Shown here piece after piece: positions 1 through 8,046 of a DNA stretch of 17,144 bases (its first letter is position 1; each line of letters begins with the position of its first letter). The notes beneath the pieces are model-generated. The model was not told the DNA's origin. It worked only from the letters and a program-made list of their open reading frames with translations, and did no database searches. The stretch lies in NCBI GenBank assembly GCA_030614005.1, contig JAUWKS010000068.1:1-17144 (forward strand), written 5' to 3'. This DNA comes from Candidatus Heimdallarchaeota archaeon (GTDB lineage Archaea > Asgardarchaeota > Heimdallarchaeia > JABLTI01). A program made the translations under genes and the position numbers.

Positions 1-207
1 ATTGAAAAGTTCTTCGAGAAATGGATTTATTATTTTTTCAATAAATTGCAATGCTTTATTTTGTTTAGAGTAGTTTTGTTGAATGAATTCCAGTATATCT
101 TTTTCATTTTCCTTTCTCTGTTTACTAGCATAAAAAATAGTACCAAAATTAGCGCCCATTCCCATAATATCAGTTAAAATTGAAGGGTTCTTATTATCTA
201 GTACCAT
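1..207 (-). CDS. Partial hypothetical protein (runs off left edge)
   Basis: Manual translation from ATG at 207: MVLDNKNPSILTDIMGMGANFGTIFYASKQRKENEKDILEFIQQNYSKQNKALQFIEKIINPFLEELFN. Open to base 1, with an in-frame TAG just upstream. No family recognised. Confidence 0.45.
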   Translation of the reverse strand, partial: MVLDNKNPSILTDIMGMGANFGTIFYASKQRKENEKDILEFIQQNYSKQNKALQFIEKIINPFLEELFN

Positions 208-456
208 ACCCAAACACCATTTCTTTTTCTAGTAGATATACTTACTTTTTCTGTTATTTATTCTTTTTGTTCGCAACAGTAAATAATGATTTTTTTTCTT
301 TATAAATTCCAATAATTATTAACTTTTTCTAAGATGGTTATAGTTATGTATTTTTTTATTGAACTTTCACTTATAAATTTAAAAGCATTTTCCCCATTTT
401 CCGCTAAATTAAATATCCTACTTTTAGCATTTTTTAAAGAATATTTGGCAAGTAAT

Positions 457-579
457 TAGTGAGAAGTTATGCCAAATACATTCAATCTTAGTAAAACGGA
501 ATTTGCAGCCTATCTTGATTGTCCGTTAAAATTCTATTTACAAAAAGAGCAGAATTTTCAGCTCAAAGAAGGGTGTTGA
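457..579 (+). pseudogene. Truncated 5' fragment (copy 1) of the Cas4-like nuclease gene at 8902
   Basis: ATG at 469 gives MPNTFNLSKTEFAAYLDCPLKFYLQKEQNFQLKEGC* (TGA 577-579). This matches MSNDFNLSKTEFTAYLDCPLKFYLQKEQHLTTKEG at 28/35 aa. It has the same upstream ta-n-TGAGA-n4-ATG motif. Confidence 0.9.
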
Positions 580-733
580 GGTTAATACAGGTAGTAGAGC
601 AGTGGAGCTTAAATTGGTTATATAGAAACTAGTTTATAGGTAAAATGACTCTTTTTCGAAAGAAGTTTAAAATAGAATAAGTTATTATCATTAGAGACTT
701 TAGATTAGAAGCACAACAAAAATGTGAAGACAA

Positions 734-1897
734 ATGGCTAAAAAGTCAATTCTAGTTGAGGTGAATCCCGCTGTTCTTATTTGGTTACGCGAGAGTTCTG
801 GTTGGGAAATTAATGATGTTGCTAAACGGTTACAAACTAGTGAACGGATTATATTAGCAATAGAGCAGGGGAAAAAACAACCTACTCTTCGTCAATTAAA
901 AACGCTTGCAGTCGCTTATCACCGTCCTCTTGCTATTTTTCTTCTTTCAGAACCGAAAGAGGAGAAACCTTTGCCTAAAGATTATCGTATGATAACCGGC
1001 AAACGGGATAGGTTTGATAAAAAGACTCTTCTAGCTATTCGTAAAGCTCGTCACTTACAGACTGTCAGTCAAGAATTAGCTAAGAATACTGATAGAGATA
1101 CTTCTCTACAAGTGGAATTCACCACTTTGCGAGCAAACCCCCAAGAAGTTGCTAGCTCTTATCGTGAACTTTTTCAATTAACTTTAGAGAAACAGCAGAA
1201 TTTTACTAGTTCCTACAAGTTCTTTTACTATTTGCGAGATGTTCTCGAAGAGCTAAATATTCTCGTATTTCAATTCTCCATGCCAATTGATGATGCTCGA
1301 GGTTTTACTCTTGCGGATGAATTGCCTGTAGCTATTGTTGTTAATACTAAAGATATTATTCAGGCTCGTCTTTTTTCCCTCATGCATGAATTTGCTCACA
1401 TTCTTTTAGGTGAAACTGTCATTGATTTACCAAATCTATCTAACTTTTCCGATCATAAGATTGAAACCTGGTGCAACGAGTTTGCTTCTGCTTTTCTCTT
1501 GCCCTCTTCCTTTGCTAATAACCTATTTGATCTCAACCTTGTAAATTTATTAGATACAGAGGTACTCAAAAGTCTCTCTCGAAAAACCAATCTCAGCAAA
1601 GGAATGTTGCTCTATAATATGTATAAGATGGGATTCATTACTCTTGAGAGTTATAAAGGAGTTCTCAATCGACATCAAAAATTAGCAGAAACAAAAGAAA
1701 AGGAAAAGAAAACGAAAGAGAAATCAGGTGGAGGCATTCCTCAAGATAGAAAATGCCTTTCTGAACTTGGCGTGAAATTTGTTTCCCTTGTTGCTGATAA
1801 TTTTGAGTCCAAAAAAATTACTTATAGCGATGCTCTCAGCTACCTTTCAATCAAAGCGAAGCATTTTGATAAAGTTCTTGCGAAGGCAGAGAAATGA
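734..1897 (+). CDS. XRE-family HTH fused to ImmA/IrrE (COG2856-like) Zn metallopeptidase
   Basis: N-terminal HTH (VNPAVLIWLRESSGWEINDVAKRL...IEQGKKQPTLRQL). HExxH motif in RLFSLMHEFAHILL, followed by ETWCNEFASAFLLP. Confidence 0.9.
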   Translation: MAKKSILVEVNPAVLIWLRESSGWEINDVAKRLQTSERIILAIEQGKKQPTLRQLKTLAVAYHRPLAIFLLSEPKEEKPLPKDYRMITGKRDRFDKKTLLAIRKARHLQTVSQELAKNTDRDTSLQVEFTTLRANPQEVASSYRELFQLTLEKQQNFTSSYKFFYYLRDVLEELNILVFQFSMPIDDARGFTLADELPVAIVVNTKDIIQARLFSLMHEFAHILLGETVIDLPNLSNFSDHKIETWCNEFASAFLLPSSFANNLFDLNLVNLLDTEVLKSLSRKTNLSKGMLLYNMYKMGFITLESYKGVLNRHQKLAETKEKEKKTKEKSGGGIPQDRKCLSELGVKFVSLVADNFESKKITYSDALSYLSIKAKHFDKVLAKAEK

Positions 1898-2385
1898 CTG
1901 CGAATCATTATATTGTTGATACTTGTTCCCTTGTGGACTTGAATAGGTATAATCCCATTGACGTTTTTCCCTCAGTTTGGAAAAGATTAAGCATATTGGT
2001 TCGCAACAATTTACTTCATTCTCCTATTGAGGTATTAAAGGAACTTCAAAAACAAGATGATCAAATTGTTGCTTGGGCTAAACAACATAAAAAGATGTTT
2101 CTTCCCGAAAGTGCACCGCAAATTCTTATTGTTATTGAAATCATGCGTGATTTCCCTGCTTTAGTTGATGCCAGTAAACAATATAGTGCTGATCCTTGGG
2201 TCATTGCTTTGGCTTATGAGCTTACTACTGGTAATCAAAAAACTATGTTTGAAGACAAAATAATGATTGTCACAGAAGAAACCTTGCGTGGCAATAAAGT
2301 CAAAATTCCTCTTGTTAGTCAACATTATCAGCTAGAATGTATTAATTTAGTAGAAATGTTTCGCAGAGAGGGGTGGAAATTTTAG
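1894..2385 (+). CDS. DUF4411-family PIN-like domain protein (putative toxin)
   Basis: YIVDTCSLVDL, EVLKEL, ADPWVIALA, IVTEE and KIPLVSQHYQLECI motifs. ATGA overlap with the XRE-ImmA gene, its usual partner. Confidence 0.85.
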   Translation: MTANHYIVDTCSLVDLNRYNPIDVFPSVWKRLSILVRNNLLHSPIEVLKELQKQDDQIVAWAKQHKKMFLPESAPQILIVIEIMRDFPALVDASKQYSADPWVIALAYELTTGNQKTMFEDKIMIVTEETLRGNKVKIPLVSQHYQLECINLVEMFRREGWKF

Positions 2386-2539
2386 TTATTCGTTTATTAT
2401 TATCATTAATTTGCCAAATATTGTGAAATTTATTTAATTTAGATAGATTAAATTTAAGCTAATTATAGCAAACATCAAAATAACAATTATGTGCAAATAT
2501 ATGAGTCAAAATCTACAGCTCGATTAGGATTGTTGAAAC

Positions 2540-2878
2540 ATGGTGAATTCCCAAGAAATTTATCGCGAAATCGATTCGTGTAATATTTCATTCCGAAATA
2601 AGAGAGAAATCATTTTTCATCTCAGCAAATATCCAGAGCTAATTCCTATTATAACCCAAGCACCTCGAAAAATTCGGAATTATTTTCCAAAATCCCCGAT
2701 AGTACTGGAAATGCGTAAAGACCCCGAAAAAGGTTCCTCTATCTTAATGCTTTACATTCAAACATCTCTATCGGCAGAGGAAGCTTTTAATAATCTTGAT
2801 ATGATAGATGAGATTTGGTGGTTCAATACTTCCAAGAAAACAAGTTGTAATTTGTGTCTACACGTAGAGTTCCAGTAG
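2540..2878 (+). CDS. Small HEPN-associated protein (putative antitoxin)
   Basis: Overlaps the HEPN gene. The pattern YPELIPII..A..KIRNYFP..LE...DPE...LYIQT..EEA...LD.IDE.WW...LCLHVEF resembles small proteins I recall upstream of HEPN genes. No canonical MNT GS/DxD motif. Confidence 0.6.
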   Translation: MVNSQEIYREIDSCNISFRNKREIIFHLSKYPELIPIITQAPRKIRNYFPKSPIVLEMRKDPEKGSSILMLYIQTSLSAEEAFNNLDMIDEIWWFNTSKKTSCNLCLHVEFQ

Positions 2879-3252
2879 AATTTACAAGGCATCAATATTT
2901 CTATCTAGCTAAAGAACTCATCAATCAATCGTGTGATGAGACTGATTATAAAGAAGCTTTACTTCGAAGTGCTATAAGTAGAGCCTATTATGCTACTCAC
3001 TATTTAGCTAGAAATTATCTTATAAAAGACAAAGGACTCACACCTCCTAAGAAAAAGATCGATATGCATAAATGGGTGATTGATGAAATAAGGAAGGATT
3101 CCACAATTGGAACTGTTCATGTGCAATTAAGTAGATTGCGTGATGATAGAAACAGAGCTGATTATGAAGATACTATTAGAGGAGTAAGGAGTATAGCTGA
3201 AGGAGCTATAAGAGGGGCGCAAAGTGCGATTGATACGTTAGATTCTACTTGA
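2854..3252 (+). CDS. HEPN domain protein (UPF0332/COG1895-like)
   Basis: RSAISRAYYA and LSRLRDDRNRADYED motifs. GTG start with a 25-bp overlap with the upstream ORF. Confidence 0.85.
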   Translation: MSTRRVPVEFTRHQYFYLAKELINQSCDETDYKEALLRSAISRAYYATHYLARNYLIKDKGLTPPKKKIDMHKWVIDEIRKDSTIGTVHVQLSRLRDDRNRADYEDTIRGVRSIAEGAIRGAQSAIDTLDST

Positions 3253-3546
3253 CTTTTTGTTTCGATGTTTACTTTTATTCATTCTAAAGTTGTCTGGTCT
3301 TTTTAAAACTCATCCACTTTGGTGACTCGTCAAGTTGACTCTTCGAAAAATCAATCTAGGCTCTTAAAGGTAACTTTTTTAGTGTTTAGACGGCTAAAAG
3401 TTGTCCGTTGCATAAGCTAAAGCTCAATTATGAGTATTGAAACTATTTGTATCGACGATTTTACCGTCTTTGGTTTTTATTGAAATAAAAAATAAAGCTC
3501 AATCAAGGGAGTTAGAATTGAAAATTACTTCAAAGGTAAACAAAAC

Positions 3547-4060
3547 CTATTCTTCTTCAGAGGACAATTCCAGTTGTATTGTTTCGTAAAGCATCGCAGT
3601 CATTCGGAAATTAGTTTTATTAATTGCTGATAAGATAGTGAACGTAGCACTCTTAGAAAGTTTTTTTTTGCTTTTTAAAGAAACTAAAAGACCAAGCAAT
3701 CCTGTTAAATGAAAACCTTCTGCTCGTGCAACGGAACGAGCTATTAAGTCATCAAAGATTACAACATCTTCCGCTTTCTTAGTGGAAGCTAAAATAGATA
3801 TCTCTCCATCATGTAATCCAAGAGAGCGATAGAGTTGCAGTGAAGCATCTGGTAGAACCAGATCAGGTAGAATTTGTATTTTCTCTTCGGATACGAGTGC
3901 TTCAACTGCTTTTTTAATTGGTGAAGGACGGAACGTTACTTCTTTTAGAACCGTTGTTGTTATGGTGAAATTTGGAACTAACTTACAAAACAGTTGCAGA
4001 TAACCAAATCTCAGCCAACAGGATAATACTTGAAGCATCAAAAACAAATCGAAGGGTCAT
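3547..4060 (-). pseudogene. DUF3368-like PIN domain protein with a +1 frameshift near its 5' end
   Basis: ATG at 4060, 2 bp after the antitoxin stop, reads MTLRFVFDASSIILLAEI and then stops. Removing one T from the TTT at 4006-4008 joins it to GYLQLFCKL...LHDGEISIL...VIFDDLIARSVARAEG..LTGLLGLL, giving 170 aa. Confidence 0.8.
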
Positions 4061-4062
4061 TA

Positions 4063-4371
4063 TTACAGTATTCCTTCAATTGAATGTATATCTCTTTGAA
4101 GTTCGCTAGTACCATAGCGAAAATAGGTATACCCCCGTTCTTCTGCGAGATTGAGAAATTCCACTATAGATAGCTTCGATCCCGCCGCGGCATAAGTGAG
4201 GGAAATTTCGTTATTAATTAAGCGATTAAAGTAATAATCAAAAAGTAGCCCTTTTTTACCACGTTTGAGTATTTTTCTTACAAGCTCAGACTTGCTTATC
4301 CCGAATTTCTTTGCTAATGCATCGAGTTCTTTGGATTCTTCATCATTCACCCGTACTTGAACTATGGTCAT
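4063..4371 (-). CDS. Ribbon-helix-helix / UPF0175-like antitoxin
   Basis: Likely start at 4371 (MTIVQVRVNDEESKELDALAKKFGISKSELVRKIL is RHH-like), followed by ISLTYAAAGSKLSIVEFLNLAEERG (UPF0175-like). The longer 4533 start overlaps cas6 and looks non-coding. Confidence 0.75.
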   Translation of the reverse strand: MTIVQVRVNDEESKELDALAKKFGISKSELVRKILKRGKKGLLFDYYFNRLINNEISLTYAAAGSKLSIVEFLNLAEERGYTYFRYGTSELQRDIHSIEGIL

Positions 4372-4380
4372 ACTATTCAC

Positions 4381-4409
4381 AGTACAAATAATAGCTATTG
4401 TAGTACAAA
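4381..4409. promoter_or_regulatory. Candidate autoregulatory operator of the RHH-PIN pair
   Basis: AGTACAAA direct repeats at 4381-4388 and 4402-4409 (21-bp period) flank the palindrome AATAGCTATT (4390-4399), 10 bp upstream of the antitoxin start. Confidence 0.35.
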
Positions 4410-4465
4410 AATATTTCTCATTAAAAAAACAAGTGTATTTCGAGACTAGTAAAAATCGATTGAAG

Positions 4466-5287
4466 TCACATTCTATTTCTTTCGAGAGAATATCTAACAC
4501 AACCGAGTCCTGCAGTTCGATTTTCTCCAACATTACTAAATTTAGCGAATTGCGCTAAAGCATGAAGCCTTAGCTTATATTTCTCTTTTCCAGTAAGCTT
4601 GTAGCGTACCCAGCCCTTGACCCCTATCTTGAGTTTGTCCTTAGCAACATAAGCTTTTCTCGTTCGAAGTTCGAAAGCATTTACTGAAACATGTTTGTCA
4701 ATCCAAGTGAGTAATTCCGAAGTATTGATCCGGTATTTATTATCTGCAAAAGCATTCCAGAGAACTGCAAGATCCATGAAAAGATATCTCGGGTCTGGAA
4801 ATCGTAGTGGAGAATCTTTGGTGGCAATATCAAAATATGTCGGTGTTAAAAACTCTAAAGTTAGAAATTCTTGCTCTCCTTTCGCATGCTGTAGAAATTC
4901 TTTAGCAGTTTTCTTGTGCATTTCAATACCAACCACTACAAAATCAATTGTTCCAATTTGTAGTATCATTTCCTCTACTTTCGAAATTAGCTTCTCCATT
5001 TGTTCCGCAAGCTCATGAGTAAGGATGCCTAAACGAAAGGTATATGCTACCTCTTCTTTAATTATTATCTCTCCTTTATGTGTCCAATTCATGCTGCTCT
5101 TATAGGTATGTAGTGTCGATAAACTATATGGTGAATATTTATTTTTTTTCTGGAACTGTTTGTATAGTTTATTATTATTATCCAGTTTCTTTATAACCTT
5201 CAATAACGCTTCATTTATCAGTTGTCCCGTGAAAGAGGGCAATATACCATCTGTTTTAGATTTGAGAACAAAACGAAAATTATGCAT
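4466..5287 (-). CDS. cas6: Stand-alone CRISPR-associated endoribonuclease Cas6-like protein
   Basis: PYSLS, LEFLTPTYF, FPDPRYLF..L..LWNAF and GVKGWVRY motifs, plus a C-terminal Gly-rich loop NVGENRTAGLG. Purine-rich RBS AGGAAAGG upstream. Confidence 0.88.
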   Translation of the reverse strand: MHNFRFVLKSKTDGILPSFTGQLINEALLKVIKKLDNNNKLYKQFQKKNKYSPYSLSTLHTYKSSMNWTHKGEIIIKEEVAYTFRLGILTHELAEQMEKLISKVEEMILQIGTIDFVVVGIEMHKKTAKEFLQHAKGEQEFLTLEFLTPTYFDIATKDSPLRFPDPRYLFMDLAVLWNAFADNKYRINTSELLTWIDKHVSVNAFELRTRKAYVAKDKLKIGVKGWVRYKLTGKEKYKLRLHALAQFAKFSNVGENRTAGLGCVRYSLERNRM

Positions 5288-5607
5288 TGCTTTGTGTTCC
5301 TTTCCTTATTGTTCTATTGTGAACCAAACAAACGAATAAACACTCCTAGATTAATGTTTCTTCTTTTTAGGTTTTAAGGATCAATAATTGCTCAGTATTT
5401 ATAGTATGATTCTATTTCGTTAACCAATATTTAAATTTTCAACAGTCAAAGAAAATAAGCAAGTATTTTTTTTCATAGAAAATTCAATAATTTTACATAG
5501 TGATTCTCCTACAATTCAATACTCTTTCTTCTTTTTAAATACCTCTTAGAAAAGCTATACGAATAGCTAATTGCTCAACTATTCTTTTAAAATTTTTAAC
5601 GTTGTAT

Positions 5608-5708
5608 TAATGAGAGATAATGCCAAATACTTTCAAATCCAGTAAAACAGAATTTATTGCTTAACTTAACTGCTGATAAAGTTCTATCTCCAAAGGGAAC
5701 AGAAATTA
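5608..5708 (+). pseudogene. Decayed 5' fragment (copy 2) of the Cas4-like nuclease gene
   Basis: ATG at 5620 gives MPNTFKSSKTEFIA*LNC, then a 1-nt deletion, then KFYLQREQKL. The ta-n-TGAGA-n4-ATG motif is retained (TGAGA 5611-5615). Confidence 0.8.
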
Positions 5709-5952
5709 GTTATCTAGTTTCAGAAAAAATAGAAAACACATGCTTCTATACAATTAGCTATTGAAATTCAATTAGAAAAAATGTTACCTGAAAATTATAC
5801 TATCAAAAATGTGATCAAATATATCTGCATATCTATGACAATTACTTTGGTGATAATCAGAGTACTTATACAAAGCTTATAAGCTAAGAATTAATGGTTA
5901 TTATAAAAATAAAAATTTTACACTCTATTATCAAATATTTTTTCTTTTTAAC

Positions 5953-7227
5953 CTAGATTGATTGCAACCAAGTTTTTAGATGTTGATTTGAAAGGTTATA
6001 AAGATTTAATCTATAACCTTCAGTTTCTGCTATTTCTTTTGATAATAATTGCTTATTTTCATCCAAATCTAATTCCGAAACTTTGTCTAATTCGGTTTTG
6101 TGTACAATCAGAAAATGTTTCTTAGTATCAGTCATATAGTTTAATTCATCAAAGAATCCTTCAACAAGCTTTCCTTTCGTAAGTTTTGGTAGCTTAGATT
6201 TCTTAAAGCTTTTACAAAACTCACAGTTACATAGTAATTTATCATGTTCCGACAAGAATTCTCGAGCATATGTTTTAGATGCATATGTGTGCAAAAATGG
6301 CAAATAAAATCTTTCTGGACTACCTCCGCCACCTGTTGATGCATCTACATTTCGTTTCTCACTTAGACCAATACCTCGTGAATAGCCTGTTAGCCCTTTT
6401 TTTGTTAGCAATAGAGAAAAATAGTCACCATATAGATTATAGAGTGGTTTTCCATTTGCAGTGAACTTTTCAATTAATTTAGTGAACTGCTTTAGATAGA
6501 GTAGAATTTCTGTTCGTTCATTAAAATCTGAAATCCAAATAATTATTCCTTTAAAATTTCTATAATCCTCAACTAATTTATCAATTTGAATTTCATTTAA
6601 AAGCATCTCCTTTGAAAAACAAATTATGGGATAAATTGGATATTCTTTTTCAATCCTAATCATTTCATTTGCTAGCATAAGGGAAATATTATACCATGGG
6701 TCAGATGTTGATTGAAAATAGAAGTATGGTGTCGTAAAAAATACCAGGCTTAGCTCCTTTACTTCAACTGTTTTTCGATTTAAGATCTCATTATATCTCT
6801 GTAGAGATTTTCTTGTAGTATCATCTTCCCCTTTATTTATTGCTTCGGTAAAATCTTTCTGGAATTTTAACGCATCTCTAGCTACTAAAGATATCAAATT
6901 TTCATCTTTATTCAGGAAATCTTTTGGCAGTAGTTCCCTATATTCTAAAATATTCTGAATCTTTTCATCCATTGATGAATATAGCTTCTGGACTGACTTC
7001 TTTATATGACCAAATTTTTTGATATTGTTTTGATCTCTAGCTATTATGTATGTCATTGGATCAATAAAAAATGGTTTATTCATTTTTAGAATAAATTTTG
7101 GCAATGATTTAATAAAATATGCTGCAAGATGAGCACTTATCGTTATTCCAAAAAAGGTTTCATTAAATTCTTCCAAAATATTCTTTTCATTCATAGGTCC
7201 TATTCTGTAGAAATTATTAGCACTCAA
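5953..7227 (-). CDS. Divergent tRNA-guanine transglycosylase (TGT/DpdA)-like protein with Zn site
   Basis: Alternating hydrophobic strands and helices suggest a TIM barrel (FFIDPMTY, FFTTPYF, IIIWISD, YNLYGDYF, GYSRGIG). The C-terminal CNCEFC-x32-H matches the TGT CxCxxC...H Zn site. TTG start with GGGG RBS. The fold call is inference. Confidence 0.5.
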   Translation of the reverse strand: MSANNFYRIGPMNEKNILEEFNETFFGITISAHLAAYFIKSLPKFILKMNKPFFIDPMTYIIARDQNNIKKFGHIKKSVQKLYSSMDEKIQNILEYRELLPKDFLNKDENLISLVARDALKFQKDFTEAINKGEDDTTRKSLQRYNEILNRKTVEVKELSLVFFTTPYFYFQSTSDPWYNISLMLANEMIRIEKEYPIYPIICFSKEMLLNEIQIDKLVEDYRNFKGIIIWISDFNERTEILLYLKQFTKLIEKFTANGKPLYNLYGDYFSLLLTKKGLTGYSRGIGLSEKRNVDASTGGGGSPERFYLPFLHTYASKTYAREFLSEHDKLLCNCEFCKSFKKSKLPKLTKGKLVEGFFDELNYMTDTKKHFLIVHKTELDKVSELDLDENKQLLSKEIAETEGYRLNLYNLSNQHLKTWLQSI

Positions 7228-7621
7228 TATTTAATCCCCTTTCAATTTGATTCAAAACTTCTCTCTTAACTGATTTATGTATAATTTTAGACTTTTTCGC
7301 TCTTTGTATAATTTCAATACTATTATCTTTCACAGCAATTAACCCTATCCCGTATTCCTTCAAAATATCTAATTGTACCCTGTGAACGAACTTCTCCGAA
7401 AGAGCAATATATGATTCATGAGCACAAAGTCTACATGCTAATGCTTGTTGCAGAGCTTTCTTCCAATTACTTACTTTAACTTCAATTGCGATAAGTTTTT
7501 TCTTTTTATGACCAACCAAGTCAATATATCGTGTGAGAAATTTTATTTCTTCGTAGTAATTATATCCTTCATTCTTCAAGTAATCAACAATAGGTGGGTA
7601 TAATTCACATTCATAGACCAT
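7217..7621 (-). CDS. Small PD-(D/E)XK restriction-endonuclease-like protein
   Basis: E (YECEL), E (YEEI), D (YIDLV), EVK and ALQQA motifs in the order typical of the REase fold. Confidence 0.75.
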   Translation of the reverse strand: MVYECELYPPIVDYLKNEGYNYYEEIKFLTRYIDLVGHKKKKLIAIEVKVSNWKKALQQALACRLCAHESYIALSEKFVHRVQLDILKEYGIGLIAVKDNSIEIIQRAKKSKIIHKSVKREVLNQIERGLNIEC

Positions 7622-8046
7622 TATACAGTATCCCCAAATCTATCAATAAATTCCTCTGGTGTGAGTAATTCTATTTCATCCTTTTTACTCATGAAATCTT
7701 TTGTATTTCTAGTTATTATAATTTCACATTTAGCACTTTTTGCTGAATGAAACTGTATTGCATCTTCAAAGTCTTCGATTTTACATTCAAAAGCTTTAGT
7801 TATTATATCCTTATTAACTGGAATTATTTCAAAATTTTCAATGAGTGTTTCTGTATGTTCCCTTACAATTGGTAAATCGTATCCTCCTCTCTTTTTGATA
7901 TAGTAATATAGTAATGCAACAGTTAAACTTGAGATATATCCTTTAATCAAGCCATTTCTTACCTTAAATAGAATAATTGTACTTTGTTTCCAACGAGAAC
8001 GCTGTGTTGCACAATCACACAAAATATTTGCATCAACAAAAATCAA
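7621..8046 (-). CDS. PIN domain (VapC/PIN_3-like) ribonuclease
   Basis: IFVDANILCD, DFEDAIQFHSA and IITRNTKDF motifs. TTGA overlap upstream and TAATG overlap downstream. Confidence 0.88.
   Translation of the reverse strand: MIFVDANILCDCATQRSRWKQSTIILFKVRNGLIKGYISSLTVALLYYYIKKRGGYDLPIVREHTETLIENFEIIPVNKDIITKAFECKIEDFEDAIQFHSAKSAKCEIIITRNTKDFMSKKDEIELLTPEEFIDRFGDTV

Noticed and set aside
588-610. tRNA D-arm-like GTAGAGCAGTGG after fragment copy 1
   Set aside because: No acceptor stem, anticodon arm or T-loop can be built around it.
682-2408. 12-bp direct repeat TTATTATCATTA (682-693 and 2397-2408) flanking the XRE-DUF4411 pair as a possible target-site duplication
   Set aside because: Low-complexity AT sequence, no transposase or terminal inverted repeats. 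Chance is plausible given the many intergenic comparisons.
2409-2440. Possible fourth copy of the nuclease start (TTGCCAAATA...GAAATTTATT)
   Set aside because: Only short AT-rich matches, no TGAGA motif and no codon-level alignment.
4364-5018. Plus-strand ORFs 4364..4558 and 4695..5018
   Set aside because: Antisense shadows of cas6 and the antitoxin gene with no recognisable motifs.
5288-5619. CRISPR array or mini-array next to cas6
   Set aside because: No regularly spaced repeats. Only a 9-bp AATTGCTCA duplicate and a 6-bp hairpin (AGCTAT-ACGA-ATAGCT, 5553-5568), both compatible with chance.
5720-5885. Possible decayed coding remnant after fragment copy 2
   Set aside because: Only short open stretches in two frames with no recognisable motif.
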